Source: an uncultured bacterium (GTDB lineage Bacteria; Myxococcota_A; CAZTSL01). From it: a stretch of 64,000 bases of DNA. Location of the stretch: the NCBI GenBank assembly GCA_964616915.1, contig CAZTSL010000002.1, positions 12,090 to 76,089 of the forward strand, written 5' to 3'. The notes under the pieces were generated by a model. That model did no database searches. It had not been told where the DNA came from and saw only the letters and a program-made list of their open reading frames with translations. This document shows positions 18,399-28,214 of this stretch, one piece after another; within the stretch, counting starts at the first letter, position 1, and each line of letters starts with the position of its first letter. The position numbers and the translations under genes were made by a program.

Positions 18399-18804
18399 TC
18401 TTGTCTGGCCTCGATCTTTCGATCCATTTCGACAGATCGATGAAAAAAGTCAATCCTGCTGCTCTCGGGCGCACGATCGATCCATGAAATCCACCCGGAA
18501 CTTTTTCGCACTTCACCGCATTACGCCGGTGCGGCAGGAGGCAGACGGGCTGGAGGGAGGAGGGAGAGGCATGGAGCGTCCCATCCCCTTTGCGCTGCGC
18601 CCTTCCAGGGAGCATCGGTCCGGAAAGGAGATCGCTTACCGCCCTTCGCCCCTCTTCCACGAGCCCCTCCGCCTGCAGGAACCGATTCCCGATGCTTCGG
18701 TACCGATCATGCAGTCGCCTACCCGGGTAACTCCCTGAATCGTCTCATCTGACGGTATTTACGACAGTTGTGTGTGGTGAAACCCAACAATTGATATCTC
18801 GAAG

Positions 18805-21800
18805 ATGCGCTCCTGTGTTCGAAGGAACGACATGGACTCCCAGGCTCGATCTCTTGTGAACCCGACCTCCCCGAATTCCGGCAAGGATCCGATCGCGATC
18901 GTGGCAGTCGCGGCGGTCTCCCCGATCGGCAACGGCGCCGAGACGTTCTGGCGCAATACGTGCGGCAAGGCCGACGGGATCATCGAGGTGCCCCGGTCGC
19001 GCTGGAACCACGATCTCTACTACGACCCGGACCGCAAGGCCCCGAACAAGACCTATAGCAGGCTCGGTGGATTCGTCCTCGACGACGGCTTCGACCGCCG
19101 GGACCTCGGCGTCAATCCGATGGACGCCAGGGCGATGGATATCGTGATCCGGATGGCCCTGGCCGCGGCCTACGAACTCTTCTCGCAAAGCGGTTACCTG
19201 AAACGGGACTTCGACCGCTCGCGCTGCGCGGTGATCCTGGGCAACGCCAAGGGCGGGGTCGGCGTCCGGGACAACACGATCCGACAGGTCTACTTCCACG
19301 CGGCCTACGATGCGCTGCGCAGGAACGAACACTTCCGCAGACTCGCCCCCGATCTCCAGGAGGCGATCCTCGGCACCTGGCCGAAGGAGGCCCTGGCAGG
19401 GTGTACGCCGGTCCATGACGGATCGATGACCGGATGGCTCGGGAACGTCGTGGCAGGGCAGATCGCTCGCTATCTCGACCTCTCCGGTCCCAGCTTCACG
19501 ACCCATGCGGCCTGCGCGAGCGCGGTGGCCGCGCTCGCCTGCGCGGTCGATGGCTTGCAACGGGGAGAATTCGACCTGGCCGTGAGTGGAGGCGCATCGA
19601 GCTGCATGTCCCCCGCGGTCTTCGTGGAGTTCTCGAAGATCAACGCGCTCTCCCCCGACGGCAGCCGCCCCTTCGACGTGACGCGAAACGGCTTCGTGAT
19701 GGCCGAGGGGGCAGCCCTCCTCCTCCTCAAGCGCTATCACGACGCCGTGCGGGACGGCGACCGGATCATCGCGGTGATCCGGGGGATCGGAGCGGCAAGC
19801 GACGGGCGGAGCAAATCCCCGACCGCCCCCAGGGAGACGGGCCAGATTCTGGCGATCCGCCGGGCCCTCCAAGCCGCGGGGTGCGAACGCTCCGGCATCG
19901 GCCTCGTCGAGGCGCATGGCACCGCCACCCCCGTAGGGGATCGCACCGAGGTTCGCTCCCTCCAGAGGGTCCTCGGCCACCCCGCAAGCGACCTGCCGAT
20001 CCACCTCACCTCCGGCAAATCGCAGATCGGGCACACCCTCGGCGCGGCCGGCGCCTTCGGCGTGCTGCGGGCCGCCCTGGCGATCGAGACGGGCACGATC
20101 CCCCCTTCGATCCATTGCGAACGCCCCGATCCGGTGATCACCCCACCCTTCCAGGTCGCAACCGAACCGATCCCCTGGAAGGGGAAGGGTCCACGACGGG
20201 CGCTCGTCAACTCGTTTGGCTTCGGCGGTACCGATTTCTCGGTCGTCCTCGAAGAACCGGGCCCCTCTGGAACGCACGTGACGGTACGCGCAGATCTCCA
20301 GCAAAGCAAAGGAAACGATTCCACCCCCGCACCCGAGAGAGGATCCACGATGAACGCGGCGTTGCGCCCCCATGGAAGTCGTCTCGCTTTTCTCTTCCCC
20401 GGTCAGGGCTCCCAGTACGTGGGAATGGGCAAACCCCTCTACGACCGCTACGCCATCGTGCGGGAGACCTTCGAGGAAGCGGACGACGTGCTCCACAAAC
20501 CCCTCACGAAGCTGATCTTCGAGGGACCGGAGGAGGACCTCAAGGATACGAAGAACCTGCAACCCGCGCTCATCACGATCAGCGTGGCCTATTTCCGCCT
20601 CCTGGCCTCGCTGGGCATCCGTCCCGACCTGGTGGCGGGACACAGCCTCGGGGAATACGCCGCACTCGTGGCCGCCGAGGTCCTCGATTTCGCCGACATC
20701 CTCAAGATCGTGGCGCTGCGGGGAGAGTTCATGTCCCTGGCGCCGGGGAAGATGGCCGCGATCATGGCCGAAGAAGAGAAGATCGTCGCGGTGATCGAGA
20801 CGATCCCCGAAGTCTGGATCGCCAACCGGAACTCTCCGCGACAGTTCGTGATCTCCGGCTCCGTGGCGGGGATCGATCTTGCTTGCAAGAAACTGCGGGA
20901 GGCGGGGGTCAAACGGGTCTATCCCCTCCCCGTCTCCGCGCCGTTTCACTGCCCCCTCCAGCAGGGATTCTCCGACCGCTTCGCCGAGATCCTGGAAGGC
21001 TACGATTTCCGCCCCCCCACGATTCCGATCCTGACGAACGTCACAGGGGGCTTCCACAGCAACGACCCCGCCGAGATCCGCCGCCGGATGGTCGAGCAGT
21101 GCTACAGCTCCGTGAACTGGGTCGCCAACATGGAGACCGTCGAGGCCTTCGGCGTCCGCACCGTGGTCGAAACGGGTCCGGGCATCGTGCTCTGCGGCCT
21201 GGGCAACGTCATCTGGGATGGACGCATCGAAACGCTCGCCTTCCAGGACAACAAGCGCAACATCATCTTCGATGAACTCGTCGAAAAGCTTCAATGGGCC
21301 GTTGATCCTGGGATGCGCCACCCCGAGACGGATACCTCGGGGAAGGGGGTGACGCCGGGCCCGAAACCGGCGCGCGCGATCGAAACCACCCATACCGCGG
21401 AAGCGCCGCAGCGAAAAACCCCCACGGAGGGGGGGAGAAGGGAGAATGGCGGAATGGAGGAACGCAACGAACGATTCGTCTCACATCTCCTCGAGGACGA
21501 TACCCTCGAGCTGGCGAATGATTTCGCATTCTCCGCCTTCGCCCGCAGGCACCGGGAGATGATCAACGGGATGATCCGTCACCTCTACGAGACGGAACGA
21601 GCCTCCCGGCCGCAGGTCGTCGTGACCGGCGTCAACCTCGGTCTTCCCGGAAAAGCCCGCGCGGTCTTCGGCGAGGAGAACTGGAAGAGACTCGTCCAGG
21701 GAGAAAACCGTATCGATCCCCTCGATGAGGAGACGCAGCGGCGCATCCTCGAGAAGAACATCATCCGGACGCTCAAGAGCCCTACCGGTGGACTCCCGGT

Positions 21801-24800
21801 CGATGTCCCGGTCCGCAAGCTCTCCGAGGTGATCCACCTCGCCGGACAGCTCGGCGAGTTCGACCTGCGCAAGGACTACGGCATCGAGGAGCGTCTCGAC
21901 GAGACGCTCGACATCTCCTTCCGCCTCTCGCTCGCCTCGACGATCGAGGCGCTGCGCGATGCCTGCATCCCCCTGATCCCCCATTACGAGACGCTTGCGA
22001 ACGGGAAGCGCCGCTTCACGAAGTTCGCGCTTCCCCCCGAGATCGGAGACCGGACCTCGGTCTGGTTCGGCTGCGCCTTCCCCGGCCTGGAAAACATCCT
22101 CGACGAGGTCTCGAAGATGCTCGCCTGGCGTTTCACCTCCCTCAACCAGGGTGTCTTCGAGGAACTCGAACGGATCTACGGCGAACTCCTCGACGTCGTC
22201 GAAGATCCGGCCCATCGTTCGCAACTCTACCGGTGGTACGCGGAGGCTTTCTCGAAGCTCCGTGCCCATACCCCCAAGGAAGCGCCGGTCTATCGGTTCA
22301 ACCGCAAATTTCTCTTCCGGATCCTCGGGAGCATGGGGGCCTCCCAGATCGCCCAGTTCATCGGTGCAAGAGGGCTTGCGATCCAGTCGAACAACGCCTG
22401 CGCATCGACCGCGATCGCCAAGAGCCTCGGCGCGATGCTGATCCGGCAGGGGGAAGCCGATTGCGTGATCGTCACCGGCTCCGACGCCGTGACCGCCAGA
22501 CAGAGCATCGAGTACATCGGGGCCGGATTCCTCGCCTCCGGGGCGGCCACCACGGAGAAGATCGTGGAACGTGCGGCGAAACCCTTCGACCGGGATCGCA
22601 ACGGCATGATCCTCGGCGCCGGCGTGGGCACGGTGATCCTCGAGAAGGAATCCCTCCCCGAACGCCGGGGGGTCGTCCCCAAAGCGCTCTTCATCGCCGG
22701 GAAGATGGCCAACAGCGCCTTCCATGCCACCCGTCTCCACCCCCAGCACATCGCAGAGGTGATGCAGGATCTCTTCCGCGATCTCGAGCGTGACTACGGG
22801 ATCACTCCGCAGGAGATCGCCAGGGAGACGGTCTTCGTCTCGCACGAGACCTACACCCCGGCGCGAGGGGGGAGCGCCCAGGCGGAGATCCGCGCCCTGC
22901 GGGAGACCTTCGGCCCGGCGGCCAACCAGGTCCTCATCACGAACACGAAGGGTTTCACCGGCCATGCAATGGGCGCCGGGATCGAGGACGCCGCCTCCGT
23001 CGAGATCCTCGACACGGGTGAGGTCCCCCCCGTGGCCAACCTCGAAAATCCCGACCCCGAACTGGGAGACCTCCGGCTGAGCCGCGGCGAAAAGGCCGAT
23101 CCGAAATATGCCCTGCGCCTGGCCGCCGGCTTCGGCTCCCAGATCTGCATCACCTTCGAGGCCGCGGTTCCCGGTCCGAGCGGCCTGCGCGACGAAGCCC
23201 GACACGCGCGTTTCCTCGCCGAAGTCACCGGGATCGAACACCCCGAGACCGAGATCGTCCACCGGACCTACCGGGTGAAACTCCCCCCCAAGGACCAGGC
23301 CGTCCTCGAACGGATGCAACGCGCGCGCGCCAAGGAGAAACCCGTCACACCCGCTGCGGCTACGCCGGGGAAGCCCACCGCCACCCCTACGAGAGAATCG
23401 AGGGGAACGCCACCCGCCGCAAGCCCCACGACGACCACGGCCGGCAAGCCCGCCACCCCCACGCTCACGGAAACGGCCTCCCCCCTCTCCGCCAGCGATA
23501 TCACCGAGCGGGTTCTCGAAGAGGTCTGCGCGTTCACGGGGTATGAGCGCGACGAGGTCGATCCGAAGGCCCACATCGAGGACGATCTGGGGATCGACTC
23601 CAACAAGGCCCCCGAACTCATCGACTTCATCGAAGAGAAACTCGGCGTCGAGATCCCCAACGAGGTGGCCAGCCGCATCGAGACGATCGAGCAGATCGTC
23701 GAAGCCGTCTCCCAGAGGGGCAGCATCCCCACCCCACAGCCGACGCCGGACGCCGCCAAGGGGCATGCAGAGCCCCTCTCTCCGATTTCTTCTCCCCCCG
23801 CCCCCGATTCCGCTCCCAAGGGAGATCTCGTCTCCCGCGTGATCGAGGCGGTCTGCGCGTTCACGGGGTATGAGCGCGACGAGGTCGATCCGAAGGCCCA
23901 CATCGAGGACGATCTGGGGATCGACTCCAACAAGGCCCCCGAACTCATCGACTTCATCGAAGAGAAACTCGGCGTCGAGATCCCCAACGAGGTGGCCAGC
24001 CGCATCGAGACGATCGAACAGATCGTCGAAGCCGTCGCAAAGAACGGCAACCTTCCGGGCGCCTTCCGCCACCTCTTGCCCGCAGAGAAAGAAACCCCCA
24101 CAGAGACGCGTGCCCCGAACAGCGAAGCGGCCTCGATCGCCGAACGCGTGATCGAGGCGGTCTGCGCGTTCACGGGGTATGAGCGCGACGAGGTCGATCC
24201 GAAGGCCCACATCGAGGACGATCTGGGGATCGACTCCAACAAGGCCCCCGAACTCATCGACTTCATCGAAGAGCAACTCGGCGTCGAGATCCCCAATGAA
24301 GCAGCCAGCGCGATCCAGACCATCGAGGAGATCGTCGAGACGATCGAATCGGGACGAGAGAAGCGTGAACCGGCACCCCCGGCTGCCAGGGCAGGGGATG
24401 AAAGCGCTCCTCCCCAGGCGCCCCCCTCTCCGCCCTCCGGCGACAGGGGAACCCTCGAGGCCGCTCAGACCCCCCCCCCCACAGCGGAGGCGTCGTACGG
24501 CGAGATCCTCGAGGCAGTGATCCGGCATGTCTGCGCGTTCACGGGGTATGAGCGCGACGAGGTCGATCCGAAGGCCCACATCGAGGACGATCTGGGGATC
24601 GACTCCAACAAGGCCCCCGAACTCATCGATTACATCGAAGCGCAAATGGGCGTCGAGATCTCCAACGAAGAGGCGACCGAACTCGAACGAATCGAAGAGA
24701 TCGCCCGGATCGTCTTCGAGAAACGGAGCGCTTCCCCTCGCGTGGATCAGAGCCAGCCAGCCGCCTCACCCCCCGCCGAGACGACACACGAAGCCCGGCT

Positions 24801-27800
24801 CGAGCGGCGGATCGTGACCTGGCAGGAAATCGAGGGGGAGGGATCCGACGCCGCGTTCAGACAGATTTCCGATCTCCCGATCGCCCTGGTCGGCGCCCTT
24901 TCGGCGCTCACCCCCTTCCTCGAAGAAGCGCACGTCATCCCCTTCGACTTCGAGCAGCCGGACGAAGCATGGCGGGAGCGGGTCGCCGCAACCGGTCCCT
25001 TCGCTGGGCTCTGCTACCTCCACGGCGCTTCGGCCCAAAGGGTTCACACGGAGCACCTGGCCCGGCTCGCCACCCTGATCGCGGAACTTCCGATGCGCAA
25101 AGGCGCCTTCCTCCTGGCCCTTACCCCGGAACAGAGGAACGACGATCCCGAATTCGAGGCGGTCTGCGGCCTTTTCGCCTCGATCCAGCACGAACGATCG
25201 GAGGCGGTCGTCGTGCGGATCGCCTCCGGCATCTCCCTCGACGATCCCCTTCGCACCGTCGCCGAGCGTGTCCTCCGGGCACCGGGAGGGATGGAGATCC
25301 GTTTCTCGCAGGATCGCATCCTCACCCCGATCGTAACCAGCGCACCGCCCCTCGGTCCATGCCTCGATCTCACCCCCAGCGACACGGTCCTCCTCACCGG
25401 CGGTGCCCGCGGGATCACGGCCGGGATCTCGAAGGAGATCGCCCGGCGTCATCACTGCCGGATCGCGCTGATCGGAAGGACGCCGTTGCCGCAGGATCTC
25501 CCCGAGCATCTCCACGATCTCCATCCCCGGATGTCGCAGGAGGAATTGCGAGCCAAGATCCGGGAGCGGCTGAAAGAGCGTGGGGCTTCCGTGCGTCCCA
25601 CCGATGTGGCCCGGGAGATCGAACGGATGCGCGCCAGTCACGAGGCGGCCGAGAATATCGGCGCGATCTCGGAAGCAGGGGCAGAGGTCGTCTACTTCCC
25701 CTGTGACATCACGGATCGAAACGCCCTTGCCCGCACGATCGAGGAGATCGACGCGCGCTTCGGGCGAATCACCGGCATCGTTCACGGGGCGGGGATCAAA
25801 TGGGATGCTCCCCTCGAGAAGCTCACCCCCCGGCACTGGGAAGCCGTCTTTGCGCCCAAGGTCGGCGCGGTCGAAAGCCTGAGCGCCCTGATCGATCCCG
25901 ATTCCCTCCGCTTCTTCGTGGTCCTCTCCTCGATCGCCGCCCTCTACGGCAACGCCACGCAGGGGAACTACGCGGCGGCCAACCGCGCGGTCGTGGCCCT
26001 GATGCGAAACCTCCACGAAGCGCACGGTGTGCTCGCCAAGGCGATCTACTGCCCACCGATCAGCGGGGTGGGGATGGCCGCCGACCCCGGAATCCTCCGT
26101 CACCTGGCACAGCTCGGGATCGACTACGGCACACCCGAAGCGTTGGCCGCCTTCGTGGCCGAGGAGATCGCCGTCGCCGATCCCGAGGTCGCGGTCGCCT
26201 GGCATGGGCGGGTCGGCGCGCTGGCCCGTTACTTCGCGCAAGCCCCTTCAGGGGGGGATCCCGGCCGCTCCGGAGGGGGAAACGGCACCCGCCAGCCAAC
26301 GCCCCTCTCCCCGGCGGAAGGGAGTGATTCCTTCTTCGACCGCGTCCTCGAACACCAACCCAACGAGCGGATCGTGCTCGAAAAGACGTTCGACGTCGAA
26401 CGGGACATCACCCTCCTCGACCATGCGATCGAGGGAACACCGGTCGTTCCCGCCATCCGCGGAATCGAGGTCTTCCTCGCGGCCGCCTCGCGGCTCTTTC
26501 CCGGCAAACGGATCGAATCGCTCAAGGATCTGCGCTTCCTCAAGTGGCTCAAGCTCGAAGGGGGGAAACCCCTCACCGTCCGGGTGAAGGCGGAGGGGAC
26601 GCCCGAGGCGTGCAAGGTCTATATCGAACAGGAGATTCGCTCCCCCCGGGGCGCGCAGCCGGGGAGCTACCGGATCCACTTCTCCGGAACGGTCGTTTTC
26701 GCCGATCAGACGAGCGCCGCTTCAGGGCTCTTCTCCCTCGAGGGGCTTGAGGAGGCCGGGGTGTCTCCCAAGGAAATCTACCGTCCCGACCGTTTCTTCC
26801 ACGGCCCCGAGTTCCAGGTCCTCGGGGGAGTGAGCCGGTGGGGGATCGAGGGGGCGGAGGGAGAATACGCCCCACCGAAAACGATTCCGGGAGGCAATCA
26901 CCTTCCCCGTGGGATCCACCCCGAACACTTCCTCGTCCTCGAGGCACTCGAACAGCTCGCCGGGATCTTCGATATGCGCTTCCATGGAACCTTCGCGCTG
27001 CCGGCGGCATTCTCCCAGCTTCGCTTCATCGCCGCGCCGGTGGGTCCGATCCGGCTTCGCGTCATGGAAGTCGGCGGGGGGGCCAAGGAGCGCCGCTTCG
27101 ACCTCCTCGCCCTCGATCGTGCCAACCGGCCCGTGGTGAGCGCACGCGGTTTCACCCTCAAGGTGATCCGAACCCTTGTTCCCTCCGCCCGATTCCCCGA
27201 GGATACGCCGCCTGTCCCCCCCGTGCCGGGAAGCTCGAGCATGATCAACTCCCCCCTCCCCGGTGATGGGGGGAATACGCAGATGGCCATCGCCGAGGTA
27301 CCCCTCGATCGGCTCGAAGCCGCGATCCGCGAAAATCCAGCCCTGATCGAGGCATTCCTCGGAGAGGAAGAGATGGAGGCACTCCTGGCGATGCGCCACC
27401 GCCGCCGCCGCCTGGAGCGAATCGGAGGCACGATCGCCGCAAAGAAGGCCTTCCTGCGCTATTGCGCCAGGATCGAAGGGAGAACGCCTGCGCTCACTTC
27501 CCTCACCCTGCGGCATCGCAAGAGCGGAAAGCCCTATCTTTGCGTGGATGGCGACCCATACCCCGTGGCCCTCTCGATCGCCCACTCCGGCAAGCGGGCC
27601 GTCGCGCTCGTCGGAAGAAAAACCGCCGGCATCGACCTCGTCGATCTCTCCTCCTTCGGCTCCGAGGCGTTCAAGCGACGGGTCTATACGCTGCGCGAAC
27701 GGATCCTGGCCAGCTCGATCGCCAAGGCGGCGGAGATCGAGCACTTCTTCCAGGCCGGCGCGCCCCACCAGCTCACTTCCCCCCTGCCTGAGAGCGCCCT

Positions 27801-28026
27801 CATCGATGAGGATACGGCCCTCGCCCAGATCTGGGCGGCCAAGGAGTCGTTCGTGAAAGCGCTCGGCACCGGGTTCCGGGGACTCGACTTCCGGCAGATC
27901 GAGGTCAAGGAGATCCGGCCCGACGGCCGTGTCCTCCTCGATTTCCACCGCAACACCCTCCCCCCCTATCTCACCCGCGTCACGAAGAAGGAAGGCTACG
28001 TCCAGGCCACGACCCTCTTCGGATGA
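18805..28026 (+). CDS. PUFA-synthase-like iterative type I PKS/FAS megasynthase: KS - AT - second KS-like domain - 4 tandem ACP - KR - FabA-like DH - C-terminal Sfp-type phosphopantetheinyl transferase (3073 aa)
   Basis: KS1: TTHAACASAV, EAHGTATPVGD, KSQIGHTLGAAG. AT: GQGSQYVGMG, GHSLGEYAAL. KS2-like: QSNNACASTAIA, TNTKGFTGHAMGAG. Four ACPs: DLGIDSNKAPELI repeated four times. KR: LLTGGARGITAGISK. DH: LLDHAIEGTPVVPAI. PPTase: GIDLVDL and KESFVKALGTG. Confidence 0.9.
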   Translation: MRSCVRRNDMDSQARSLVNPTSPNSGKDPIAIVAVAAVSPIGNGAETFWRNTCGKADGIIEVPRSRWNHDLYYDPDRKAPNKTYSRLGGFVLDDGFDRRDLGVNPMDARAMDIVIRMALAAAYELFSQSGYLKRDFDRSRCAVILGNAKGGVGVRDNTIRQVYFHAAYDALRRNEHFRRLAPDLQEAILGTWPKEALAGCTPVHDGSMTGWLGNVVAGQIARYLDLSGPSFTTHAACASAVAALACAVDGLQRGEFDLAVSGGASSCMSPAVFVEFSKINALSPDGSRPFDVTRNGFVMAEGAALLLLKRYHDAVRDGDRIIAVIRGIGAASDGRSKSPTAPRETGQILAIRRALQAAGCERSGIGLVEAHGTATPVGDRTEVRSLQRVLGHPASDLPIHLTSGKSQIGHTLGAAGAFGVLRAALAIETGTIPPSIHCERPDPVITPPFQVATEPIPWKGKGPRRALVNSFGFGGTDFSVVLEEPGPSGTHVTVRADLQQSKGNDSTPAPERGSTMNAALRPHGSRLAFLFPGQGSQYVGMGKPLYDRYAIVRETFEEADDVLHKPLTKLIFEGPEEDLKDTKNLQPALITISVAYFRLLASLGIRPDLVAGHSLGEYAALVAAEVLDFADILKIVALRGEFMSLAPGKMAAIMAEEEKIVAVIETIPEVWIANRNSPRQFVISGSVAGIDLACKKLREAGVKRVYPLPVSAPFHCPLQQGFSDRFAEILEGYDFRPPTIPILTNVTGGFHSNDPAEIRRRMVEQCYSSVNWVANMETVEAFGVRTVVETGPGIVLCGLGNVIWDGRIETLAFQDNKRNIIFDELVEKLQWAVDPGMRHPETDTSGKGVTPGPKPARAIETTHTAEAPQRKTPTEGGRRENGGMEERNERFVSHLLEDDTLELANDFAFSAFARRHREMINGMIRHLYETERASRPQVVVTGVNLGLPGKARAVFGEENWKRLVQGENRIDPLDEETQRRILEKNIIRTLKSPTGGLPVDVPVRKLSEVIHLAGQLGEFDLRKDYGIEERLDETLDISFRLSLASTIEALRDACIPLIPHYETLANGKRRFTKFALPPEIGDRTSVWFGCAFPGLENILDEVSKMLAWRFTSLNQGVFEELERIYGELLDVVEDPAHRSQLYRWYAEAFSKLRAHTPKEAPVYRFNRKFLFRILGSMGASQIAQFIGARGLAIQSNNACASTAIAKSLGAMLIRQGEADCVIVTGSDAVTARQSIEYIGAGFLASGAATTEKIVERAAKPFDRDRNGMILGAGVGTVILEKESLPERRGVVPKALFIAGKMANSAFHATRLHPQHIAEVMQDLFRDLERDYGITPQEIARETVFVSHETYTPARGGSAQAEIRALRETFGPAANQVLITNTKGFTGHAMGAGIEDAASVEILDTGEVPPVANLENPDPELGDLRLSRGEKADPKYALRLAAGFGSQICITFEAAVPGPSGLRDEARHARFLAEVTGIEHPETEIVHRTYRVKLPPKDQAVLERMQRARAKEKPVTPAAATPGKPTATPTRESRGTPPAASPTTTTAGKPATPTLTETASPLSASDITERVLEEVCAFTGYERDEVDPKAHIEDDLGIDSNKAPELIDFIEEKLGVEIPNEVASRIETIEQIVEAVSQRGSIPTPQPTPDAAKGHAEPLSPISSPPAPDSAPKGDLVSRVIEAVCAFTGYERDEVDPKAHIEDDLGIDSNKAPELIDFIEEKLGVEIPNEVASRIETIEQIVEAVAKNGNLPGAFRHLLPAEKETPTETRAPNSEAASIAERVIEAVCAFTGYERDEVDPKAHIEDDLGIDSNKAPELIDFIEEQLGVEIPNEAASAIQTIEEIVETIESGREKREPAPPAARAGDESAPPQAPPSPPSGDRGTLEAAQTPPPTAEASYGEILEAVIRHVCAFTGYERDEVDPKAHIEDDLGIDSNKAPELIDYIEAQMGVEISNEEATELERIEEIARIVFEKRSASPRVDQSQPAASPPAETTHEARLERRIVTWQEIEGEGSDAAFRQISDLPIALVGALSALTPFLEEAHVIPFDFEQPDEAWRERVAATGPFAGLCYLHGASAQRVHTEHLARLATLIAELPMRKGAFLLALTPEQRNDDPEFEAVCGLFASIQHERSEAVVVRIASGISLDDPLRTVAERVLRAPGGMEIRFSQDRILTPIVTSAPPLGPCLDLTPSDTVLLTGGARGITAGISKEIARRHHCRIALIGRTPLPQDLPEHLHDLHPRMSQEELRAKIRERLKERGASVRPTDVAREIERMRASHEAAENIGAISEAGAEVVYFPCDITDRNALARTIEEIDARFGRITGIVHGAGIKWDAPLEKLTPRHWEAVFAPKVGAVESLSALIDPDSLRFFVVLSSIAALYGNATQGNYAAANRAVVALMRNLHEAHGVLAKAIYCPPISGVGMAADPGILRHLAQLGIDYGTPEALAAFVAEEIAVADPEVAVAWHGRVGALARYFAQAPSGGDPGRSGGGNGTRQPTPLSPAEGSDSFFDRVLEHQPNERIVLEKTFDVERDITLLDHAIEGTPVVPAIRGIEVFLAAASRLFPGKRIESLKDLRFLKWLKLEGGKPLTVRVKAEGTPEACKVYIEQEIRSPRGAQPGSYRIHFSGTVVFADQTSAASGLFSLEGLEEAGVSPKEIYRPDRFFHGPEFQVLGGVSRWGIEGAEGEYAPPKTIPGGNHLPRGIHPEHFLVLEALEQLAGIFDMRFHGTFALPAAFSQLRFIAAPVGPIRLRVMEVGGGAKERRFDLLALDRANRPVVSARGFTLKVIRTLVPSARFPEDTPPVPPVPGSSSMINSPLPGDGGNTQMAIAEVPLDRLEAAIRENPALIEAFLGEEEMEALLAMRHRRRRLERIGGTIAAKKAFLRYCARIEGRTPALTSLTLRHRKSGKPYLCVDGDPYPVALSIAHSGKRAVALVGRKTAGIDLVDLSSFGSEAFKRRVYTLRERILASSIAKAAEIEHFFQAGAPHQLTSPLPESALIDEDTALAQIWAAKESFVKALGTGFRGLDFRQIEVKEIRPDGRVLLDFHRNTLPPYLTRVTKKEGYVQATTLFG
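23500..24720 (+). repeat. Four tandem about 310-360 bp direct repeats, near-identical at nucleotide level, encoding the ACP domains of the megasynthase
   Basis: Repeat unit gtctgcgcgttcacggggtatgagcgcgacgaggtcgatccgaaggcccacatcgaggacgatctggggatcgactccaacaaggcc... seen starting near 23524, 23851, 24160 and 24531. The repeats also appear as repeated peptides in the antisense ORFs. Confidence 0.9.
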
Positions 28027-28214
28027 GGAACGATCCACTTGCTTTGTTGCGCTCCCTCTGGTAATTCCCGAAGAGAGCCTCCGCAAGAACGACCCGTTGG
28101 GTCGTGAAGCCGCGAGGCATCTCCTTCGACGACGATCCCCTCGCGGATCCGGGAAACGACTTCCCTGCTCGAGGAAGGCTGAGGAGATCGTCGTAGGGAT
28201 CTCCGGAGGGTACC

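Noticed and set aside
18745-21393. 882 aa minus-strand ORF
   Set aside because: Antisense of the PKS KS-AT region.
21481-24645. 1054 aa minus-strand ORF, plus 23268..24323 (-) and several 90-110 aa + ORFs with repeated peptides
   Set aside because: Antisense or alternative frames of the PKS ACP-repeat region. The repeats are the ACP coding repeats, not independent genes and not a CRISPR array (no short regular spacers).
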